DNA of 55,930 nt, the filler included, from Bipalium vagum (Eukaryota), in assembly GCA_037834085.1 (NCBI GenBank). It is 3 parts of 3 records of this genome, joined end to end, with 100 filler letters (N's around TTAATTAATTAA, not from the genome) between each part and the next. Parts side by side here need not be neighbours in the genome. Positions count along the whole stretch, not along the records: positions 1 to 15,811 come from JBBMKC010144599.1; positions 15,912 to 36,335 come from JBBMKC010253504.1; 1 more part is not named here. One strand, 5' to 3'. Of this stretch, positions 11,201 to 20,100 are shown one piece after another. Position 1 is the first letter of the stretch, and each line of letters begins with the position of its first letter. The notes under the pieces are model-generated. The model was not told where the DNA came from, did not search any database, and was given only the letters and a program-made list of their open reading frames with translations. A program made the translations under genes and the position numbers.

Positions 11201-12231
11201 TATGAGGAGTTAGCTAAAATTTGATAGGTCTGGATGTAAAGGACGAGGCTTAGTAATTATAAGTGAAAGCTATTTCATTTTGGTTTCCGACCTGTTGAAC
11301 TGACGAGATACTGTCCATATCATTTTGATTTTCGTTTGGCGCTCCTAATTTCTCTATCTAATTTCACATGTGTCGATGAAATTTTACCCAGTGATACATA
11401 TTTAATCGCCTGCTGTTTTGAGTTACAGTATATTATTCATATTTTCCCCACGCAATTCTTTGTCGCCTCCCATAATTGTTTCTTGCCTTTGGTGAACAAC
11501 CTCTCCGATTTCTCAAAAATTAATCAATTATTATTATCCCGGGTTTCGTTCCTATTTACGCATAAATTCATCTTTACATTAAGTCTGTTGTCGGTCACCA
11601 ATATCTGGAACCAGAAATGAATAACTTTTACACTCTTTTATACGGGTGTCAGTAAAAAGTTAACTTGTTGACCTTGTGACAGTTCCAGGAAAAAAGATAA
11701 TCAAGACGATGAGGTTCTTCTTGGAACTGTTGAGATAAAAATAATTGTTTGACGTGGCAACTTTATAAAAATATAAATTGTCCAAGACTCGGTTTCAGTA
11801 AAAAGAAATTTGTTAATTGATTAAATTTATTGATTATATATTTATATTGCATCAGTGATGTTCATGAGATAGTAAATAAAAGTGACTTCAACCTCTTTTG
11901 ACCACAATAAACGCAATTTTCTGACCCTATTATACTTTCATGGTCGTCCAGCGATTCGTGGTGGTTGCGTGAGTGGTGATAACGGAAAAATTGTCACCTT
12001 CAAACACTTTTAAGATCATTTTTAGGCATGCGTACTCAGTGGTCTCTGGACGAATCCTATTTGATTTTTAAAGGAGTCCAGGAGGGACGAACTTGGGCAT
12101 CTATTAAAGCTGCTTATTTCAAAAATTCATATCGTACAAATGTCAATATTAAGGATCGGTGGCGGGTAATTCTGCAAAAGCCTACTATAATGAAGGAGTT
12201 GCAAATGTTTCATGAATCCAAGCCAAAATAA
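8216..12231 (+). CDS. TRF1/TRF2-like telomeric repeat-binding factor (helical N-terminus, S/K/P-rich hinge, C-terminal telobox Myb), ~515 aa
   Basis: Phase-consistent GT-AG model: 8216-8384, 8431-8720, 8766-8882, 8928-8977, 9491-9591, 9639-9743, 10256-10549, 10601-10681, 10797-10844, 10894-10950, 11129-11161, 12026-12231 (extra small exons near 9156-9230 and 9407-9448 possible). Last exon W-SLDE-..GV..W..I...F..RTNVNIKDRWR matches the TRF telobox (cf. RT[SA]VM[LI]KDRWR). Confidence 0.8.
11290..11800 (-). mobile_element. Possible LINE ORF2 remnant in the last intron of the TRF-like gene
   Basis: Higher GC than flanks; minus-strand QLWEATK...VKLDREIRSAKRK resembles the endonuclease-RT linker; weak. 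Confidence 0.25.
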
Positions 12232-12619
12232 ATTTCATGTGTTCATTGTAAATTTTCAGTTTCTGTCTTGATCTTTTTAGTTTTCGAGTATGTGTAGATT
12301 TTAGGTTATTCGAGTTATTAATTAGTATCAAATTTTAACCTAGTAAATATAGGGTTCAGCACCTGTATTCCATTACAAAATTATATTTGTACATTTGATC
12401 GTATTTCTTCAAATTGAAATATGTGTTTTCATGAATTTTCAAATCATATTTTTAAAAATCAATGAATTAATGTAACAATAAATAATGGTAAATCAATAAA
12501 TTTATGTGATGATGTGATTGTAATTTAAATTTGCCATTCAGAGTTTATCCGTTTATCTAATTTTTTTTCTTAGTGTCGTTTGTTCAACACAATTGGGTCA
12601 TTTATAGGTTCTTATATCG

Positions 12620-12900
12620 ATTATTTGGATCATTTCTCAGTGTGAGACTGACCAAATTCCACCAAGCAGATATAATTTTCTTTGGATGCAAACCTTGTTT
12701 AATTATTGAGGTTTCCTGGTGAAGCGGAAACCAACTACGTGTACTTCAAGCTTTTAAGCAAACACAATTTCTAATCTCCCGTCATGATTCGACAAAGAAG
12801 TCGCTTCATGTGCTTGCGTATCGAGGAAGAATTCGAACTGATATGGCATACGAATATCTAGTTTTGACCATATCAATTTGATTTCCTGTTCACGTTGTAT
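12620..12900 (-). mobile_element. mariner transposase remnant
   Basis: Degenerate (T)GD-EK region followed by SPG..IKQGLHPKKIISAWWN. Confidence 0.65.
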
Positions 12901-13069
12901 TATGTATAACATCTAAGATTGTTCACTAGATAGCAGACCATGAAAGCTGTTGATTAAAAAACTTATAACGATTTAAAAAACTTTAAACAAAACTATTGCG
13001 TATTTTTTGTGCTTTACTTCTAAAGTAAAATTATAAAATACACAATTACACATGAAAGATAATATTGTT

Positions 13070-13800
13070 CAAATGACTGCCGAGACTTCTCAATGTCTTA
13101 TTCTGTCCTCAAATTGTTTTTCGCTTTCATACATAAATCTGGTTAATTTCGCTTATCACTTCTTGAGTAGTTTGTGGGTTGGTTGTGTAAACTTTTGCTT
13201 TTAACATAGATCCAAAGAAAATAATCCAATGGTGTCAATTTTTACGATTTTGGCGGCCAGTTGAATCACCGTACTTGGAGATAATTTGGTCTGCGATAAA
13301 GATATTGTTGTTTTGGTTGTGTGGAATGTTGCACCGTCTTGTTGGAACCTTAAGTTAATTAAATTTATGTTCAAATGAGACCATAGAAAATCGTTTAGTA
13401 TTTGTCGATATCGTTCCAAATTCACCATACATGAAATTCTTTCTAACCTCGAAAAAATAAGATCCAATCACACCTTCAGAAAAAACCACAATGAACAACA
13501 GCATCATATGAATGCACGATTTATCTTTTAATTCCTCTAGGATTATAAGAAGACCAAATATGACAATTTTGTTTGATTACAAAGCCGTTGAGTTGAAAAA
13601 TGGCTTCGTCGATAAAAATGGTCTTCTGGTAGAAATTCAACCTAGCCGCTTTGTTTCCGAGAACCAAATCGACAAACGCACGATGTTTACGGTGGTCTGG
13701 AGGTTTTAAAAACTGAGTCAATTGATTTTTAAGTTTTTCTTTGAAGTTCGTCACATTGATGTTGATGAAGACCCAACTGTTGTTTAGTTACATTTATATT
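13070..13800 (-). mobile_element. Tc1/mariner-superfamily transposase remnant (DD41D/rosa-like)
   Basis: DEAIFQLNGFVIKQNCHIWS, FQQDGATFHT, WPPKS*KLTPLDYFLWIYVKAKVY. Confidence 0.85.
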
Positions 13801-13959
13801 GAAATTAGATTTCTATTATTTGAAGCAATTACGAAAAATATTTCGAAATATCTTAATATTTTATTCATTTGTTGTGTTGACATAAGTCAGCGCACCTGAC
13901 CTACATTGAGGTTTCTGTGGGCTTACCTAAAGAGCTCGTTATCTCACTCTAACAAAAAC

Positions 13960-14320
13960 ACTGTTAAGATCCTAAGATGATGGTTAAGTTGATTTTTGAG
14001 GTGGAGCTTTCTGTTACACCTAGGCCTTAACGGTTGAAGGTTGCTAATGAATGTGTTCGGTTAGATTTAGAAAACGATTTAACTTTTAATACTTTTATTT
14101 TGGTTCAAAATCGATATTGAGTGATAAATTTGATTTTGTTAATTGTAATTATTATTTATGAAAAATCCTCTCGCACTTAGGCTCAGAGGTCCTCGATTAA
14201 GAAGAAAAATATATTTCACCATCCTACTTAGCGTGTGAAATATGAACAATAAAAAGAAAAAGGTAATAGGAAATAGGAACAAAAAAATTAAATGATCCTC
14301 AGGTCCTGGCTTGAGTATTT
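13960..14320 (+). repeat. Dispersed repeat family, copy 2
   Basis: 5' half matches 15670-15811 (gttaagatcct..atgatgg..ggagctt..aacggttgaaggttgc..gtgttcg..agaaaacgattt); 3' half matches 7050-7190 inverted. Confidence 0.85.
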
Positions 14321-15669
14321 AGTTATTTATTTACTAAAAACTGTGTCTTGTCTAACAAGACAAGCCTGTTTTAATAGAGTATTGAAATAACACAAATATG
14401 AATATAAAACTTATTAAAGATCGATTCTAGTCTTGTGAACCTTTGGCTCCAAGCTAGTTATATATTATATTATTAATATAGATATAAAACTTAATAATAG
14501 TAAGACTTTGTTACATAAATGCAACAAGTATTAATACAATTTTTTATTATTATAAACCAAATTCTTTTACTTAAAACTTTCCAATATCTATGATTTAAAT
14601 TTTACTAATAATGACAAATAAACAACAATGTGCAAAGATAAAAATTTATTATTATAATAAAAACTTTGTTACAAATATGCAACAAGTTTTAAATATAAAA
14701 ATTTTACTCTATCAAAAAAAGCATATAGTTGTCCACTTGATTGATTATCTCCGGATTTGATTCCTCGTACTTGTAATGTTGTCCTTTGGTATCAGCTAAC
14801 GGTGTTGAACTTTGATCGTTTCTACTGATTTACCCTTCAGCGATGTTTTCAGTATTTAATAATTTTTTCTTCTTTTTTTCGTGTTAATACTTTAATACTT
14901 AAATACTTTGTTCTTGTGGGTGGGGTTGCGTTGGCCAATTCTTGCAATGGTCGGTTATCAGATGTGGGTATGATGTCAGTTTTGGTGAAGCTTTTTCAGT
15001 TGGTTCCAGTGGTTGGTTTGCTTTCCGTGGGCTAGAATGCTGATTTGATTCTGTCTGCGTCCGTTTGCTCGAATATTGAAATATAATTTTTCTTTTTACT
15101 CCTGTTTATTTTTTGTCTGATTTTCTTGTAATTTCTTCTCGCTTTAATATGCTTCTTTAATCCTTCTCTTTTAAAATTGGTAATAATTCTATTGGTAATA
15201 ATAATTCTATTACCCTTCTTTTTTCTATTTTTATCATTTTTTCATTTTTTGATATAAAAATTCTTTTTGGTTTTCTATTAATAGTAACCATATTATTATT
15301 TCTCTTTAAAATATAATTTACAGGTAGTATTAATAATAATTCCTACATATAAATAAATAAATAAATAAATATAATCGCTACTAGTACTAATACATGTTAT
15401 TACTATATCTTATCTTATTTATTAATACTAATATTCATACATGTCATTACTATACCTTTATTATGCTATTTCACTTCCTTTTGTTTATTATTTATTATCA
15501 TTTAATTATCGTTTTATTATTTATAAATCAGTCAAAATCGATTTTTCTTTAATACATATATCAATAAAAAAGGAAATACAATGCCACAAATATACAAAAC
15601 AATACAACAATAAGGATCACTTGATTATAGAAGGTCAATACAACATTAAGAATCACAAATATATAAATA

Positions 15670-15811
15670 GGTTTGTTAAGATCCTGGATAATGATGGACA
15701 AAAAGGATGTTAAAGATCGGAGCTTAAATATCTCTCAGGTCTCAACGGTTGAAGGTTGCGTTTGTGCGTGTTCGTTTAATTAAAATTCACTGAGAAAACG
15801 ATTTTTAGTTT
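15670..15811 (+). repeat. Dispersed repeat family, copy 3 (cut by assembly gap)
   Basis: Direct diverged match to 13960-14085. Confidence 0.8.
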
Positions 15812-15911
15812 NNNNNNNNNNNNNNNNNNNNNNNNNNNNNNNNNNNNNNNNNNNNTTAATTAATTAANNNNNNNNNNNNNNNNNNNNNNNNNNNNNNNNN
15901 NNNNNNNNNNN
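15812..15911. other. Assembly scaffolding gap/linker
   Basis: 44 N + TTAATTAATTAA (stops in all six frames) + 44 N. Confidence 0.97.
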
Positions 15912-16338
15912 TGATGATGATAATGATGAACCAAGCTTGCAAATAAAACCATCAATGACTAATGCAATGGGATGTCTAAAAATCTTATATATAATTATAT
16001 AATTTTTAATGACTTGGATTCAGCAATACCTTCTTTATCTAAATTACAACGAATAATATTATCTAAAAAGATAACTGTATTGAAAATAAACACCATTGAT
16101 CAATACTTTAATAAAGAATAAATATTTACATATTCGTTATTTAATTTTCTAGTACTTTAAGTTGTTAAATTTAATTACCTTATTTTTACTTTTCGAAAAC
16201 CTTGTAAAATTGAACAAAAGTGTAAACAGATGTGTAATGTAAATTGTTAAACTTGAACACCTTAATTATCTGAACTCCTCTTTAATTTGAACTTTTCAGC
16301 AAGGACATTATGGTGTTCAATTTAAGCAGGTTTCACTG
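15912..16338 (+). mobile_element. pogo/Tigger transposon 3' end
   Basis: Acidic DDDNDE stretch, C-terminus LSKLQRII..LKINTIDQYFNKE* (PIP-box-like end typical of pogo/Tigger), subterminal TGAAC repeats, terminus AGCAGGTTTCACTG followed by TA. Confidence 0.75.
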
Positions 16339-16646
16339 TAAATAATTCTTACTATTCTTTAAATCCTGTTCAATTTGATAGAGGAAAAAATAATAGAACT
16401 TATTCGAATTATATAAAAGCTTGTAAATATTTTTCAAACAATCCTCAATTATCTTTATCAGAATTTCAAAATTTATATTCTATATTTTGTTTTGATTTGA
16501 AAGATAAACCAGAAAATTTGTGTTTACATGGAGTAGTTATAACTTTACATATTTTAAAATATATGCATTTTAAAGGAAAAATAAATGTTGTTTTATTACA
16601 AGAGCAATTTAAGGAAATGAAATTAAAGGAGGAAAAACAAAAGTAA
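16339..16646 (+). pseudogene. Maverick major capsid protein (double jelly-roll) C-terminal fragment, element B
   Basis: About 100 stop-free codons missed by the ORF track: NNSYYSLNPVQFD..TYSNYIKACKYF..LSLSEFQNLYSIFCFDLKDKPENL..VITLHI; matches the MCP LYPxFxFDLxxxxE pattern; truncated by the Tigger end. Confidence 0.7.
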
Positions 16647-16987
16647 AAAGTAATTTGAAATTGATTTTTTCATAATGTTTAATATTATTAAATAATATAT
16701 TAATTATTAATTTTTTAAACATTTCTTTATTGCCCTTTTTACGATATATTTTTTAACTTTTTTATTTTTTCATTATTTTTTTTAAAATATTTTTTTAGTA
16801 TAGGTATATTAACATGTTTTTTAAATTTTTCTAAATTAAATCTGATGGGTATTTTTTTATTTATATTTTTTTATAATTTTCACTCGGTTTTCTAATACCA
16901 AAAATTCAGAAATTTTGAAAAAAATCTTTTTTTCATTTATTTTTTTTATAAATATGTTATATAAAAATTACACAATTTTTTCTTTGT

Positions 16988-19900
16988 TTAAAATCCATGT
17001 GGTTAAGTTATTACATTACCATTTTCTAAATATTTGATCTGTCTTTTATTAAATTCAAAATCATACGTTTTTATAACATATATTGATTATATCCTATTAA
17101 ATTTTTTAAAACTATTTCATGTTAACTTAAATTTTATACTTTCAACTATTTCATAATTTTATTTCTTACTTTTGTTAAGTGGATTATTAGAATTATATAA
17201 TACTAAATTCCTTTTCTTTTCAAAAGTTAGTTTATCTGAATTAATATTATTTTTGACAAATCCTTTTGTTTTAGCTGTTGTAACTATTTCTTTTTTATTA
17301 GTACTCTAAATTTTTATATGATAATCTTTTGGAGCAGGTACAACTATTTCTGTTATATAAGATCCAATCCCACAATCTTTTTCAACTTATTCTGTTAAAT
17401 CTCCTAAATTTTCTTCTTGTAATTTTTCTATTTTTCTAACCGGCTTACATTCTTCATTGTGAGATAAATTGAAAATTAGTAGGGGGATGTAGCTCAGCAG
17501 TTAGAGCAGTGCATGCGCATGTGAAGGTCCTGGGTTCGAATCCCGGTATCTTCGATTAAGTTTCAACTAACATTCATGACTACAATTTTTATTTTCACAA
17601 GAATCATCAATAAATATTGTACTATCAGTATCACAATAAATTACTCTTTCATTTATAGTTTCTAAAAGATTGTATAATCTTAATCTTGCATGAGCAGTTG
17701 TAAATAATTCTATATAAATATTTTTAGTTTTATTTGGTTTTTTCCATTCTTCTTTTATATGATATTTCATCATCCAAACTTCTTCATTTAAAATAATTGG
17801 ATTTGATTCTTTAATTTTGTCATCGAATATTATTTTACAAATATCATTATAATTATAAACATATGAATATTGTTCAAAATCATCTCTCATTCCAAAATAT
17901 CTCCATAAACTAACCAAAAAAATTTTAGATTTAAATCGTAAACCAGCATTAAATTTAATATTATCAATATCAAATATTATCAATATTTTCTGCTACAAAT
18001 TCAATTTTTGTAGTAAAATTATTATCATTTTTACAATCTTTGTTACAATGTTTATTACAACCTGGCGAACAACTTTTAGAATGATGTTTACATTTACAAC
18101 CAGAGGCTTTCAATTTATATTTCAAAAATATATTTACATAATTTTCAAATAAACCTTTTTTAGTTTTTTCAAAATGTTCTATTTCATAAATTTTTAAAAT
18201 TTTATATCCTTTTTCAATTGCTCTATCTATTTCAATTGTTGACCATGTTCAATTAAAGATCTCTCTTCATCATTCTGATTGCATTTTTATTTCTAAAATT
18301 ATAATTATAAAATTATATATTTTAAAATTTCTTTTTGCATGAATTAAGTTATATTTATTATTTATACAGATTTTGCATCTATTTGTTTTGTGATCAGAAA
18401 TTTCAATATTTGATCAACAACTGCTTTTAACATAGTGATTACAATTAATATATTTTTTTCCATACATGTTTTACATAATCTAAATAATAACTTGTGAGCA
18501 TTTCATATTTCTTGTTTATAAGGTAAGACTGGTAAATGTAAATTTCTTGGTGGTAAAAGTTTACATTTTATAACTCCAAAGTAGCAATCTTCGCTTGCAG
18601 CGGCTTTGCTGGAATTTTTATTTAAATATTCTTCTGGTGAAATATTAAATATTTTTATAGGATGTTCAATTGGATATTTATCGTATTTATTTACTGTTGG
18701 ATACAAAGATACAAAATCAGTTTTTCAGTTTTACTTTTATGATATAATTTTATAGTTTCAGTTCTTCCTCCATAAAATGCTTCTTTTGGTTTTAGTTTAG
18801 ATAATTCTGGATCAATTGTAAAATTTTTAAAATCAGGATTTTCTAAAAGCTTTTAATATTCACATTCTCATAATTCTATAAATTCTAATTTTAAATTTAT
18901 ATCTTCACAATATTTTATAATATTATTCTTTTTTTCTAAAATTTGATTATTTAAAAATTCCATTGTTTTATTTCCTTTTTTGCAAACGTCATCTTTGTTA
19001 TAACATTTTAAACAACCATGAAAATAACAACCATTAAATTCATAAATATTTTATAAGTTTGATCATAATAAAATCCGTCAACTTTATATGTTTTATTATT
19101 AGCTCTAATTGTTTTTTCTCCTCTTCTTTTTGCATGTTGAATGGAGAGCAGAGCTCGTATTTATATTATCAATTTTACTTAAATATTCTAACCAATGAAT
19201 ACATTTATAAGAATATATATTCAAAATTACTTAATCTCTGTATTCCAATGTCTTCATTGTTTATCATGGACATAAATATTTTTATACAAATTTGTGTTAT
19301 TATCATATATTGAAAAGGATTCATATTTAAAACGTTGTCATTTGAAATATTTATATTTAAAAATAAATCTCTAAAAATTAAACAACTTTTTGTTAAAACC
19401 ATAACATCTGTTAAACAATAATAAAAAACTTGAATTTGAAAATTAAAAACTTCATTCTTTTTTATTTTTTCATCATGCCATTGTTTTATTAATTTTTTTT
19501 CTTTATTATTATCGCTCATATAACTATAACCATAACATTCTAAATCCGGTTATTTACCAATGTAATTTTGATATTTTGTTGTATTAAAATAATGCGGAAA
19601 ATATCCTTTGGAAGCTTTAAAACCAAATGTTTCTGGAAAAGCTTTTAATGGACATAAAGTAAAAATTTTTAAAAAAGTAAATTTTTTATTTGCATAAAAG
19701 TTATTTTACTATCAGAACAATTTTTTTCTACTGGTAGTTTATTTTGAATCAACCAACCTAATTTTGGATGATTATCATATCTTTTTGCATAATGTGATAT
19801 AAAAGTATATTTTTAAAAATTTTGCAAAAAAATTCACAAAATGTATCAACTAAAAAATTTGAGTTTTCAATTATTATTTTTTTTTAAAATTCTATATTAT

Positions 19901-20100
19901 CTAAAATATTTTCAATTGTTAAATTTTCTAAATTTTCAGTAATAAGTTTAACATATGATATTATGTTTGTTTGTATTTTAAAATATATTTTTCTTTCTGA
20001 ATCATAAGCAATTGCATAATTCATTTCATGATAACCAGCTGTTTCTTGTGTTGCTTCAAAGTCAAAAAATATATATTTATTACTTTGTTTAAATTTAATA
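16988..20100 (-). pseudogene. Near-complete protein-primed DNA polymerase B (pPolB), type 2, Maverick element B
   Basis: Ordered motifs: ExoI YIFFDFEATQE, ExoII ISHYAKRYD, KGYFPHYFN, ExoIII YCLTDV, Vsr-like VDG..YEFNGCYFHGC, AFYGGRTE, DFVSLYP, KIFLVSLWRYFG, YCDTDS, APKDY, KTKGF, terminal PHGF*; many stops and frameshifts. Confidence 0.95.
17483..17554 (+). tRNA. tRNA-Ala(CGC)-derived pseudogene or SINE-like head inserted in pPolB
   Basis: GGGGATG/TATCTTC acceptor stem with G3:U70, D-stem GCTC/GAGC, A box TAGCTCAGCAG, T-arm CTGGG-TTCGAAT-CCCGG; anticodon stem broken, D-loop GG lost, G73. Confidence 0.8.

Noticed and set aside
12810-12875. B-box-like GTTCGAATT on the minus strand suggesting a second SINE
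   Set aside because: The region translates as a mariner transposase remnant; no cloverleaf
15856-15867. Perfect palindrome TTAATTAATTAA, also at 36380-36391
   Set aside because: Centred in identical 44-N pads; an artificial scaffolding linker, not biology
17483-17554. Functional tRNA-Ala gene
   Set aside because: Anticodon stem does not pair, U33 and D-loop GG are missing, discriminator is G, and there is no T-run terminator
17445-17575. tRNA insert as a spliceosomal intron of pPolB (GTTAGT donor, ACTAAT branch, AG)
   Set aside because: Splicing to the first available AG creates an immediate TAA and does not restore the frame
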